Assembly: GCA_031370645.1 (NCBI GenBank)
Contig: JANMQV010000003.1
Span: 15,435-79,434, forward strand
DNA: 64,000 bases
Reading direction: 5' to 3'
From: Candidatus Eiseniibacteriota bacterium
GTDB taxonomy: Bacteria; Eisenbacteria; RBG-16-71-46; SZUA-252
Positions within the stretch are counted from its first letter, which is position 1. Every line of letters begins with the position of its first letter. Shown here piece after piece: positions 29,326 through 38,932 of this stretch. Made by a program: the position numbers and the translations under genes. The notes under the pieces are model-generated. The model made no database searches and was not told the origin of the DNA. It saw only the letters and a list, made by a program, of their open reading frames with translations.

Positions 29326-30172
29326 GGTCGACCGCCACACGGGGACGTGGGCGCGGCCGATCGGCGCGGTGTTGCCATTGCCGGACTCGCGGGACAGCCG
29401 TCCGCGCATCCACCCGACCGCGATCGTGGAGCGGGGGGCGGAGCTCGGCCCGGGCGTCGAGATCGGCCCGTTTTCGTACGTCGGTCCGCACGTCACCCTC
29501 GGAGAGGGGACGAGCGTCGGCCTTCACGCCATTCTCGAAGGGTGGACCACGATCGGACCCCGCTGCCAGATCCACCACGGCGCGGTGATCGGGAACATCC
29601 CCCAGGACTTGAAATTTCGCGGCGTGCCGACGAAGGTCGTCGTGGGATCGGACACGACGATCCGCGAGTACACGACCATCCATGCCGCCACCGAAGAGGG
29701 GGAGGCGACGATCGTGGGCGACCGCGTTCTCCTGATGGCCTACACGCACGTGGCCCACAACTGCCGCATCGGGAACAACGTCATCCTCGCCAACGCGGTG
29801 ACCCTGGCGGGGCACGTCCGGGTGGACGACTACGCCATCATTGGTGGATTGACCCCGATCCATCAATTCGTCGCCATCGGGGCGCACTCCTTCATCGGCG
29901 GTGGTTCGCGCGTGCCGCAGGATGTGCCGCCGTTCGTGAAGGCGGCGGGGAATCCGCTCCGCGCGTGCGGTCTCAACAGCATCGGCATGGAGCGACGCGG
30001 CATCCCGGCCGAGGTCCGCCTGGAATTGAAGCGCGCCTATCGCATCCTCTATCGCTCTCAACTGAACGTCTCGCAGGCGCTCGATCGCATCCTGAGCGAG
30101 CTGAGCCCCTACCCTGAAATCCACGAGTTCGTCGAGTTCGTCCGGAGTTCGGAGCGGGGCATCGTGCGGTGA
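29309..30172 (+). CDS. lpxA: Acyl-ACP--UDP-N-acetylglucosamine acyltransferase (start uncertain, 29309-29378)
   Basis: IHPTAIV, PQDLKF, HVAHNC, LAGHV, IHQF, DVPPF, GLNSIG. Confidence 0.95.
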   Translation: MTAIPEVDRHTGTWARPIGAVLPLPDSRDSRPRIHPTAIVERGAELGPGVEIGPFSYVGPHVTLGEGTSVGLHAILEGWTTIGPRCQIHHGAVIGNIPQDLKFRGVPTKVVVGSDTTIREYTTIHAATEEGEATIVGDRVLLMAYTHVAHNCRIGNNVILANAVTLAGHVRVDDYAIIGGLTPIHQFVAIGAHSFIGGGSRVPQDVPPFVKAAGNPLRACGLNSIGMERRGIPAEVRLELKRAYRILYRSQLNVSQALDRILSELSPYPEIHEFVEFVRSSERGIVR

Positions 30173-31149
30173 CCGGCGCGCGGGCCGGCGTCGCGGGGGT
30201 GGGCCACCTCGGTACCCACCACGCGCGCGTCTGGTCGCGAGTTCCGGGCATTACCTCGGTCGCGGCGTACGATCCCGATCCCGCCGCGCGGGAGCGGGCC
30301 GCCGGCGCCATTCCGGGTCTCGAGTTCGCCGACTCCTTCGAGGCGCTCCTCGATCGATCGGATGTTGTCTCCATCGCCGCACCGACTCCGGCGCACGCGG
30401 AACTCGCGCTTCGCGCGTTGAAAGCAGGGCGCCACGTCCTCGTCGAGAAGCCGATGGCGGTCACGCCGGAGGAGGCCGAGGCGATGCTCGCGGCGGCCCG
30501 CGCCGCCGGACGTGCCCTCTTGGTGGGCCAGATCGAGCGCTTCAATCCCGCCGTTCGCGCGGCGCTCCCGCATCTCGCGAATCCGCGCTTCATCGAAGCC
30601 CATCGTCTCGCGCCTCCCGTTCCGCGCGGGATTGACGTCGACGTGGTGCTCGATCTCATGATCCACGACCTCGATCTCGCGCTCCTCGCGACCCGTTCCC
30701 ACATCGTCGAGATGCACGCCGTCGGCGTGCCGGTTCTGACCGACAAGATGGACATCGCGAACGCGCGGCTTGTCTTCGCCTCCGGCTGCGTGGCGAACAT
30801 CACCGCGAGCCGCATCTCGCGCGAGAAGGTGAGGAAGATCCGCTTCTTCGAGAGTGCCTCGTATCTCTCCATCGACTGCATGAACCGAACCGTCGAGGCC
30901 TACACGCTTGCTCCGCCGACGCCGGGCGCCGCGCCCGACGATTGGATGAAGCGCATTCGCCCCCTCTCGGTCGCCGTGGATGGGACGGACCCGCTCGAAA
31001 GCGAGCTGGCGCATTTCCTTTCGCTACGGAACGATCCCGCGCGCTCCTGGGAGGAGTGCGCCACCGCCCTCGAGGCGCTCCGGGCCGCCGAGGCGATCGG
31101 GCGCATGGTCTCCCGCGCCCAGCCCGACCCGGCGAGCCTACCCGTCTGA
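30169..31149 (+). CDS. Gfo/Idh/MocA oxidoreductase, probable UDP-GlcNAc 3-dehydrogenase (GnnA-like)
   Basis: GVGHLG, VEKP, ERFNP, DVVLDLMIHDLD; lies between lpxA and lpxB. Confidence 0.75.
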   Translation: MTGARAGVAGVGHLGTHHARVWSRVPGITSVAAYDPDPAARERAAGAIPGLEFADSFEALLDRSDVVSIAAPTPAHAELALRALKAGRHVLVEKPMAVTPEEAEAMLAAARAAGRALLVGQIERFNPAVRAALPHLANPRFIEAHRLAPPVPRGIDVDVVLDLMIHDLDLALLATRSHIVEMHAVGVPVLTDKMDIANARLVFASGCVANITASRISREKVRKIRFFESASYLSIDCMNRTVEAYTLAPPTPGAAPDDWMKRIRPLSVAVDGTDPLESELAHFLSLRNDPARSWEECATALEALRAAEAIGRMVSRAQPDPASLPV

Positions 31150-32321
31150 AGCTCCCGCTTCTGATTCTCTCGGCCGGCGACCCTTCGGGGGACCGGCTCG
31201 GAGCGGCGCTCCTCGGCGCGTTGCGATCGAAGGGCGTGGAGGTCGACGCGGCCGGCATCGGCGGGCCGGCGCTCCGCGCGGCGGGGCTTCGCACCGTCGC
31301 CTCGATGGAATCGGTCGCCGTCATGGGATTCGCGGAGATCGTGACCCACCTGGGCGCGATCCGCCGCGCGCGACGTGCCATCCGCGACCTTCTCGAACAG
31401 CACCCCGACGCCATCTTCCTTCCAATCGACGCCCCCGGCCTTCACCTCGGACTCGCTCGCCAGGCGCACCGCCTCGGGCGGCGCGTCGTCTATTACGTCT
31501 GCCCGCAGATTTGGGCGTGGGGATTCGGGCGGGTCAAGCGCCTCCGCGAGGATGTCGATCTCACGCTTCTTCTCTTCCGGTTCGAGGAAGAGATCCTTCG
31601 CCGCGAATCGGCGCCGGGAGCGTGGGTGGGGCATCCGGCGGGCGGGCTCCTTCCCGACGCGGGGGCGACGGCGGCCGCCCGCGCGACCTTCGATCTTGGG
31701 CCGGGCGAGCGGCTCCTCGCGCTCCTTCCGGGGAGTCGCCGCGGGGAAGTGGCGCGGCACCTCGCGCCGATGCTCGACGCGGCCGCGCGCCTCGTCGCTC
31801 ACGCGGGCGTCGCGCTCCGCGTCGTCGTGAGCGACGCGGGGGCGGTCGAAGAGGCGAAGAATCGTCCCGACGTGGCGCCTCTCTGGCGTGAGCTTGCGCC
31901 ACGCGTGCACGTGGGCCCCTCCGAATCGCTTCTCCGGGCGGCCGACCTGGCGCTCGTCGCCTCCGGCACCGCCACGCTCGAGACCGCCGCGCTCGGCGTG
32001 CCGCTCGTCCTCGTCTACCGCACCGGCTCCATTAACTATGCACTCGCTCGCCGGCTCGTGAAACTGCGGCGGATCGGCCTCGTGAACATCGTGCTCGACG
32101 AGGACGTGATTCCGGAGTGCGTGCAGGGCGACGCGACCGGGGCCGCGATCGCCGCCGCCGCGGCCCCGCTCCTCGAAGACGAAGCGGCACGCGCCCGGCA
32201 GCGAACCGCCTTCGCGCGGCTCCCGGAAGTTCTCGGGGGCCCGGGCGCGGCCGATCGCGCCGCCGACGCCCTTCTCGCCTTCGCGGCCCGCACCGCCGGC
32301 GCCGCGACCTCGCGATCATGA
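31146..32321 (+). CDS. lpxB: Lipid-A-disaccharide synthase (possible CTG start)
   Basis: SAGDPSGD, VMGFAE, IDAPG, PQIWAW, VGHP, LPGSR, ASGTATLE. Confidence 0.93.
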   Translation: MKLPLLILSAGDPSGDRLGAALLGALRSKGVEVDAAGIGGPALRAAGLRTVASMESVAVMGFAEIVTHLGAIRRARRAIRDLLEQHPDAIFLPIDAPGLHLGLARQAHRLGRRVVYYVCPQIWAWGFGRVKRLREDVDLTLLLFRFEEEILRRESAPGAWVGHPAGGLLPDAGATAAARATFDLGPGERLLALLPGSRRGEVARHLAPMLDAAARLVAHAGVALRVVVSDAGAVEEAKNRPDVAPLWRELAPRVHVGPSESLLRAADLALVASGTATLETAALGVPLVLVYRTGSINYALARRLVKLRRIGLVNIVLDEDVIPECVQGDATGAAIAAAAAPLLEDEAARARQRTAFARLPEVLGGPGAADRAADALLAFAARTAGAATSRS

Positions 32322-33604
32322 GCCCCGCGCTGACGCTCTACCGGCTGTTAACGGGCGGCGCGGGCGCGATCGTGGCGCCGCTCGTTCGGCGGCTTGCGCC
32401 GAGCGGCTCCGCTTGGCGTGCGAGATTCGGCGCTCCCGAAGGAGTCGGTCTCGCCGCGGGCGGGCCCTGGATTCACGCGGCGTCGATGGGAGAGGCCGCC
32501 GGCGCGCTCCGCTGGGTCGATGCGCTCCTTGCCGCGGGCTATCGGGCCCCGATTCTTGTCACGACCCACACCAACGCGGGGCTCGGCCGGTTGCGGAGCG
32601 ATGGTGGCGCGAGGATCGTGGGCGCGGTCGCGCCGTACGATGTTCCGCAAGCCATTCGCCGCGTGTTGCGCGACGCCGCGCCGATGCGACTCGACCTCAT
32701 CGAGACGGAACTCTGGCCGAATTTAATTCTCGAAGCACATCGCGCCGGAGTGCCGGTCGTCGTGGCGAGCGCCACCGTCTCCGCGCGCACGGCGGGCCGG
32801 CTCCGTTCGCTTGGGCTTGCCGGCGACGCGATCTTTGGACCGATGCACGTCCTCGCGCAAAGCGAGCGACACGCGGACCGCTTTCGGGCGCTCGGCGTGG
32901 CGCCGGCTCGATGTGTCGTGATCGGCGACCTGAAGGCCGATCGCCGCGGGGAGGAGGGAGCCGCTTTGCCCGATCCCGAACGGCGCCGACTCCTTCTCTT
33001 CGCGAGCCTTCGGCCGGGTGAAGAGGCGGTCGCCGTCGCCGTGTCGCGGATGCTGGCCGCCCGACGCGACGCGGGAGCGTGGCGATTCGTCGTGGCGCCT
33101 CGCCACGATCGGATCGTGGCTTCGCTGAAGCGCGAGTTCAACGGTGCCGGCATCGCGTACGATTGCCGCGACGAGTCGAATCTCGGGGCGGAGTCGGTCC
33201 GGGATTGGGCGGCGCGCGGCGCGCCGACCGGTACCGCGCCGTCCGTGGGCCTGCTGGCGACCAAGGGGGAGTTGTCCCAACTTTTCCCCGCGGCGCGCGC
33301 GGCGCTGGTCGGAGGGACGTTCGCGCCGTGGGGCGGACACAATGTGCTGGAGCCCGCCGCGAGCGGGTGCCCGGTCATCGTTGGTCCCCACCACGAAGAG
33401 GTCGAGCCGGGCGTGGCGCTCCTGCTTGCTCACGCGGCGGGCGCGGTGGCCTCCGAAGGGATAACCGCCGCCGCGATCTTGTCCCAGTGGCTCGATGAAC
33501 CCGCCTCGCCCCGGAGTTCGGCGGCGCTGGCGGCGGCACGCGCGGCGGAAGGCGCGGCACGGCGGGGGCTCGACGCGCTCGTGGCGTGGGGACTCGATCC
33601 GTGA
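32318..33604 (+). CDS. waaA: 3-deoxy-D-manno-octulosonic acid (Kdo) transferase
   Basis: WIHAASMGE, ETELWPNLI, APRH, GGHNVLEPA. Confidence 0.9.
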   Translation: MSPALTLYRLLTGGAGAIVAPLVRRLAPSGSAWRARFGAPEGVGLAAGGPWIHAASMGEAAGALRWVDALLAAGYRAPILVTTHTNAGLGRLRSDGGARIVGAVAPYDVPQAIRRVLRDAAPMRLDLIETELWPNLILEAHRAGVPVVVASATVSARTAGRLRSLGLAGDAIFGPMHVLAQSERHADRFRALGVAPARCVVIGDLKADRRGEEGAALPDPERRRLLLFASLRPGEEAVAVAVSRMLAARRDAGAWRFVVAPRHDRIVASLKREFNGAGIAYDCRDESNLGAESVRDWAARGAPTGTAPSVGLLATKGELSQLFPAARAALVGGTFAPWGGHNVLEPAASGCPVIVGPHHEEVEPGVALLLAHAAGAVASEGITAAAILSQWLDEPASPRSSAALAAARAAEGAARRGLDALVAWGLDP

Positions 33605-34770
33605 GTCGCGACGCGAAGACATTTCCGCTCCGACCGTGGGTGGAGCGCTCATGGCGTGGCGAGGGGGGTGCGTTCGAGGCGCTCCTGCTTCGTCCACTTT
33701 CGGCGCTCTACTCCCTCGCGTCGGCGCTCTCCCGCAATCGAAGGGCACGAACACGACGCCGATTGCCCGGGATGACCGTTCTCGCGATCGGGGGACTAAC
33801 GGTCGGAGGCGCGGGGAAGACCACGCTCGCTCGATGGGCAGCGCGCGCCTCGCTCGAGAAAGGACGACGGCCGGCCATCCTCCTCCGCGGTCATGGCGCA
33901 TCCGGATCGACGCACGGGCCCACGATCGTTCCCATCGTCGCCCCGCAGAGCCCCGCGACGGCGCGGTTGTACGGCGACGAGGCACTCGCGCACCGGGCTT
34001 CGCTCCCCTCCTCCGTCTTGATCGTGGTGGGGAAGGACCGCTGGAAGGCGGCTCGGCTCGCGCTCGACTCGGGCGCCGACCTGGCGATCCTCGATGACGG
34101 GTGGGAGCAGGGGACGCTCGCGTGGGATCGGCTCTGGGTGGCGCTCGATGCGCGCCATCCCCTCGGGAACGGCCGCACGCTCCCTGCTGGGCCGCTTCGC
34201 CGCCCTCCGCGCTACTTACGTGAAGCCAATGAGATCGTGGCAATACTTGAAGCGGAGGATGAGTCTCCTGCCCGGGGCGGTGAAGACGTCCGCGCCGCGG
34301 GACTCGTACTGCCGGGGCTCGAGTTCGGTGGGAGGGCGATTCGCTTCCGACGCGTCGTCGAGGGGTGGTACCGGCTCCGAGACGCACCGAGCGCCGCCAC
34401 CATCCCTGCGGCCCCGAGCGGTCCGATCCTCCTCGTCTCCTCAGTCGGCGCTCCCGAGCGGTTGGAACGCTTCCTCCGCCCCCTGGTGAGGGGACCGGTG
34501 GTGCACATCGCGTTTCCGGATCACGACTCGTGGGATCCTGCGAGGATCGAGGCCTCCCTCGCGGCGCTCCGAAACGAGGCGGGGGCGCCACCGATCGTCG
34601 CGGCGACCGATAAGGATGCAGCCCGCGCGGCTCTCCTCCCGGATTTCGGCGCCGAGGTCTGGATCGTCCGAAGCGGGCTTCGCCCGGTGGATGATCCGAC
34701 CCCCCTGCTCGCCGCGCTCTCCTTGCCTCCGGGTGGACCGCCCGTGGCGGCGCGACCCCCGATCGGCTAG
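33601..34770 (+). CDS. lpxK: Tetraacyldisaccharide 4'-kinase
   Basis: GGLTVGGAGKT, LRGHG, GDE, LDDG, LPAGPLR, FPDH, TDKD. Confidence 0.9.
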   Translation: MSRDAKTFPLRPWVERSWRGEGGAFEALLLRPLSALYSLASALSRNRRARTRRRLPGMTVLAIGGLTVGGAGKTTLARWAARASLEKGRRPAILLRGHGASGSTHGPTIVPIVAPQSPATARLYGDEALAHRASLPSSVLIVVGKDRWKAARLALDSGADLAILDDGWEQGTLAWDRLWVALDARHPLGNGRTLPAGPLRRPPRYLREANEIVAILEAEDESPARGGEDVRAAGLVLPGLEFGGRAIRFRRVVEGWYRLRDAPSAATIPAAPSGPILLVSSVGAPERLERFLRPLVRGPVVHIAFPDHDSWDPARIEASLAALRNEAGAPPIVAATDKDAARAALLPDFGAEVWIVRSGLRPVDDPTPLLAALSLPPGGPPVAARPPIG

Positions 34771-34781
34771 GCTGATGGGTC

Positions 34782-36443
34782 ATGGCACGATCCGCGCGTA
34801 ACCCTCAACCCTCCGGCCGGAATGAGTTCGAGGCCGATGTCCTGGTCATCGGGAGCGGCATCGGGGGCCTCTCCGTGGCGCTCCATCTCGCCGAGACAGT
34901 TCGAGTCCTCGTGGTCACGAAAGTCGACGCCGAGGAGTCGAACACCAACTATGCGCAGGGAGGAATCGCCGCCGTCCTCGGGGACGACGACACGGTCTCC
35001 CTCCACGAGCGCGACACGCTTGTCTGCGGCGCCGGCCTCTGCGATCCCGAGGCGGTGCGCGTGCTGGTGGAGGAGGGGCCGGGCGAAGTGCTGCGGCTCC
35101 TCGAGCTCGGGGTCCGCTTCTCCCGCGATCCGGACCGGCGCGGGCGCCTCGCGCTGGGGCGCGAGGGGGGGCACTCTCGCCGCCGCATCGTTCACGCCAA
35201 GGATCGGACGGGGCACGCCGTCGAGCGAACGCTTCTCGACCTCGCGCGCGCCCATCCGAAGATCACGGTGCTTGAGAACCACATCGCGGTCGATCTCATC
35301 CTCGAATCGAAGCATCTGGAAGGACGCCGGCGCGCTCCGTCGCGCGACCGAGTCTGGGGCGCGTACGTTCTCGACCGAGAGAGCGGGGAGATCCGCGTGG
35401 CCGCCGCCAAGGCGACCGTCCTTGCCACGGGCGGTGCGGGTAAGGTCTACCTCTACACGAGCAACCCCGACATCGCGACCGGAGACGGACTGGCCGCCGC
35501 CTATCGCGCGGGAGCCACGGTCGCGAACCTCGAGTTCATGCAATTTCACCCGACCTGCCTCTTCCACCCGGAGGCGAAGTCGTTCCTCATCTCGGAAGCG
35601 GTGCGGGGCGAAGGGGCGCGCCTCGTGACGACCGACGGGAAGCCCTTCATGAAGCGCCACCATCGGCTCGGCGATCTCGCGCCGCGCGACGTTGTGGCGC
35701 GCGCCATCGACTTCGAGATGAAGCGGCGCGGCGACAAGTACGTCCTTCTCGACATGGCGCGTCTCGGCCGGCGCGTTCTTCAGCAGCGCTTTCCGACCAT
35801 CACGCGGCGCGTGCTCGAACTTGGCTACGACATCTTCCACGATCCGATTCCGGTCGTGCCGGCGGCGCACTATCTCTGCGGCGGCGTGGCGACCGATCTC
35901 GACGCGCGGACCGACCTCCCCGGGCTCTGGGCCTGCGGGGAAGTGGCCTGCACGGGAGTACACGGCGCGAATCGGCTCGCTTCGAACTCGCTTCTCGAAG
36001 CGCTCGTCTTTGCGCGGCGCGCGAGCCTCAGCATTCTCCGCCGCATCACCGGCGAGCGGCCGCGCCGCGTCCCGCGCCTTCCGCGCTGGCAATTCAAGGG
36101 TGCGGTGAGGCCGAAGGAGCAGGTGATCTTCGACCACAATTGGGATGCCGTTCGAAAGCTCATGTGGGACTATATGGGCATCGTCCGAAGCGACGAGCGC
36201 CTCGATCGAGCGGCGGAGATGGTGGCCGTGTTCAAGGACCAGACCGAGCGCGACTATTGGCATTACCGCCTCGACGCCGATTTGGTCGAACTCCGGAACA
36301 TCACGCTGGTCGCCGAACTCATGGTCACCTGCGCCCGGCGCCGCGCCGAAAGCCGCGGACTTCACTACAATGCGGACCACCCACGCCTCGACGACCGACG
36401 ATTCCGCCACGACACGCTCGAACGCCGGGGGCGCCGCTCCTAG
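34782..36443 (+). CDS. nadB: L-aspartate oxidase
   Basis: GSGIGG, YAQGGIA, EGGHS..RIVH, QFHPT, SEAVRGEG, HGANRLASNSLLE. Confidence 0.95.
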   Translation: MARSARNPQPSGRNEFEADVLVIGSGIGGLSVALHLAETVRVLVVTKVDAEESNTNYAQGGIAAVLGDDDTVSLHERDTLVCGAGLCDPEAVRVLVEEGPGEVLRLLELGVRFSRDPDRRGRLALGREGGHSRRRIVHAKDRTGHAVERTLLDLARAHPKITVLENHIAVDLILESKHLEGRRRAPSRDRVWGAYVLDRESGEIRVAAAKATVLATGGAGKVYLYTSNPDIATGDGLAAAYRAGATVANLEFMQFHPTCLFHPEAKSFLISEAVRGEGARLVTTDGKPFMKRHHRLGDLAPRDVVARAIDFEMKRRGDKYVLLDMARLGRRVLQQRFPTITRRVLELGYDIFHDPIPVVPAAHYLCGGVATDLDARTDLPGLWACGEVACTGVHGANRLASNSLLEALVFARRASLSILRRITGERPRRVPRLPRWQFKGAVRPKEQVIFDHNWDAVRKLMWDYMGIVRSDERLDRAAEMVAVFKDQTERDYWHYRLDADLVELRNITLVAELMVTCARRRAESRGLHYNADHPRLDDRRFRHDTLERRGRRS

Positions 36444-36449
36444 GTCTCC

Positions 36450-36854
36450 ATGGACCTCGAAACCGCCATCCTCGACCTCGCCGAAAAACACGGCCGCTAC
36501 CGGCCGGCCGCATACCATTTCACGCTCCAGGCGGTGCATGTGACGGTCGACCGGTCTCGCGAGGGAGGCGGCGGGCCGCGCCACGTCTCGGGGCAGGAAG
36601 TGCTCGACGGCATTCGCACCCTCGCGCGCGCGCGCTTCGGGCCGATCGCGAAGACGGTCTTCGAGCAGTGGGGCGTCGGGCGGACGGAAGACTTCGGCGA
36701 GATCGTCTTTCAACTCGTGGAGGCTGGCATTCTCGGGAAGACCGAAGAAGACCGGATGAGCGACTTCGCGCGCGGATTCGACTTCGAGCAGGCGTTCGTC
36801 CGCGAGTACGACTGGCTCGACGGTTTCGCCGCCCCGCCGGAAGGTTCCTCGTAG
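36450..36854 (+). CDS. Conserved hypothetical protein, Minf_1886-like family
   Basis: RY..AY.F, HVSGQE, FG..A..V...WG, DFGEIVFQLVE, D..SDF pattern recognised from memory. Confidence 0.7.
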   Translation: MDLETAILDLAEKHGRYRPAAYHFTLQAVHVTVDRSREGGGGPRHVSGQEVLDGIRTLARARFGPIAKTVFEQWGVGRTEDFGEIVFQLVEAGILGKTEEDRMSDFARGFDFEQAFVREYDWLDGFAAPPEGSS

Positions 36855-36861
36855 GCCCCCG

Positions 36862-38928
36862 ATGACGTCGACACCCCCGGCCAAGCCACCGACTCCGCCG
36901 CCGACTCGGACCACGGCGCCGCCGAGTCCGCTCTTTCGGCTCCTGGGGTACATGCGTCCCTATCGGTTCCGCCTCTGGATCACGGCGCTACTGATCTTCG
37001 GATTCGCGCTCTTGAGCGGCGCCACGATCGGGATGATCTCGCCGTTCATGAAGGTCCTCTTCACGCCGCGCCAGGCCGCGCATCAGGTGGGGGCGGCGCC
37101 GGGGACTTCCGGCGCGCTGCCGGGCGCCACCGACGAAGACGCCACGATATCGAGCCCGTCCCCGATCCCGGGCCTCCCCGCCGGCGTGGCGGACGTGGTG
37201 TTGCCTCCGAACGCGGCGGGGGCCGAGTCGGCGCGGACCAATGGCGTCGCCGCCCGCGTGAACGCCTGGAAGGAGGACATTCGAACCTGGTTCGAGCACT
37301 TCTTCCTGACAGGCGAGCCGGTTCGTTCGCTCACGCGCATCTGCCTCGCGCTCCTGGCGGTCTTTCTCCTCAAGAATCTCTTCGACTATCTCCAGAGCGT
37401 GCAGACCGTCTGGATCGAGCAGGCGGTCGTGCGAGATCTTCGCAACGAGGTCTACGGACACCTCCATCGATTGTCGCTCTCGTGGTTTCATTCGCGGCGA
37501 TCGGGCGCGCTCACGTCTCGGCTCACGAACGACATCGCGCTCGTGCGGGGCGCGCTCGCCGCCGGGTTCAGCAATTTTGTGAAAAGCATCTTTTTGCTCG
37601 CGGTCTGTCTCTTCTGGATCTTCTGGACGTCGTGGAAGCTCGCGCTTCTCTCCTTCCTGGTCCTGCCGCCGTCGCTTCTCCTCATCGTGTGGCTCGGGAA
37701 GAAACTTCGGAAGCGGAGCACGATCACGCAGGAGCGCATGGCCGATCTCAATGCAATCCTCCAGGAGACGCTCTCCGGCATCCGCGTCGTGAAGGCGTTC
37801 TCCATGGAGGAGTTCGAGCAGCGGAAATTCGGGCGCGCCGCGCAGGACTACTTCCGCGCGTTCGTCCGCCAGCGGCGGCTGGGCGCCATGGCGGGCCCGC
37901 TCTCCGAGTATCTCGGGGTCGTGGCGACGGTTGCGGTCCTCTGGTACGGCGGCAACGAGATTCTCCTCCGCCGGGCCATCGAGCCGCAGCAATTCTTCAT
38001 CTTCCTGTTCGCGATGCTCCAACTGATGGCGCCCCTCAAGGCGCTCAGCAACATCAACGCGACGCTTCAGGAGGGACTGGCGGGCGCGGACCGAATCTTC
38101 CGAATCCTCGACACGCCGCCGACGGTGACGAGCAAGCCCGACGCCCGCCCGGCGGGACCCGTGACGCGCGCGATCGAGTTCAATCACGTCTCCTTCCATT
38201 ACGCTCCGGGAGACGATGTCCTCCGCGACATCTCCTTCCAGGTGCCGGCCGGCTCGATGGTCGCGCTGGTCGGGCCGAGCGGCGCCGGGAAATCGACGCT
38301 CGTCGATCTCGTGGCCCGCTTCTACGATCCGACCGCGGGCGAAATCCGGGTCGACGGTCACGATCTTCGCGATCTCGATCTGGGCTCGTGGCGCCGCGTG
38401 CTCGGCGTCGTGACGCAGGAGCCGATCCTCTTCAACGACACGGTCTCGAGCAATATCGCCTACGGCGTCGACGGAGCGTCCGAGGAAGCGCTCTATCGCG
38501 CCGCGCGCGCCGCGAACGCGGAGCGCTTCATCCTCGACATGCCCGAGGGGTACAACACGCGAATCGGCGATCGCGGCGTGCGGCTTTCGGGAGGCGAAAG
38601 GCAGCGGCTCGCCATCGCGCGGGCCATCTTCAAGAACCCTCCCGTCCTCCTGCTGGATGAGGCGACCTCGAGTCTCGATTCGGAATCGGAACTCCTGGTG
38701 CAGGAGGCGCTGGAAGCGCTCTTCGAAGGGAGGACGGTGTTCGTCATCGCGCATCGCCTCTCCACCATCCAGCGCGCCGACCGGATCGTGGTGCTCGACC
38801 ACGGGCGAATCGTTCAGACCGGCACGCACGAGGAATTGGTGGCGGCGCCCGGTCTCTACCAGAAACTCCACCGACTCCAGTTCCGCCTGGCCGAACCCGA
38901 CGGCCCGGCGCAAGACCGCGCCGGCTGA
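36862..38928 (+). CDS. msbA: Lipid A export ABC transporter (MsbA-like, fused TMD-NBD)
   Basis: Six-TM domain, GPSGAGKST, LSGGERQR, LDEATS, IAHRLST; in a lipid A cluster. Confidence 0.8.
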   Translation: MTSTPPAKPPTPPPTRTTAPPSPLFRLLGYMRPYRFRLWITALLIFGFALLSGATIGMISPFMKVLFTPRQAAHQVGAAPGTSGALPGATDEDATISSPSPIPGLPAGVADVVLPPNAAGAESARTNGVAARVNAWKEDIRTWFEHFFLTGEPVRSLTRICLALLAVFLLKNLFDYLQSVQTVWIEQAVVRDLRNEVYGHLHRLSLSWFHSRRSGALTSRLTNDIALVRGALAAGFSNFVKSIFLLAVCLFWIFWTSWKLALLSFLVLPPSLLLIVWLGKKLRKRSTITQERMADLNAILQETLSGIRVVKAFSMEEFEQRKFGRAAQDYFRAFVRQRRLGAMAGPLSEYLGVVATVAVLWYGGNEILLRRAIEPQQFFIFLFAMLQLMAPLKALSNINATLQEGLAGADRIFRILDTPPTVTSKPDARPAGPVTRAIEFNHVSFHYAPGDDVLRDISFQVPAGSMVALVGPSGAGKSTLVDLVARFYDPTAGEIRVDGHDLRDLDLGSWRRVLGVVTQEPILFNDTVSSNIAYGVDGASEEALYRAARAANAERFILDMPEGYNTRIGDRGVRLSGGERQRLAIARAIFKNPPVLLLDEATSSLDSESELLVQEALEALFEGRTVFVIAHRLSTIQRADRIVVLDHGRIVQTGTHEELVAAPGLYQKLHRLQFRLAEPDGPAQDRAG

Positions 38929-38932
38929 CCTC

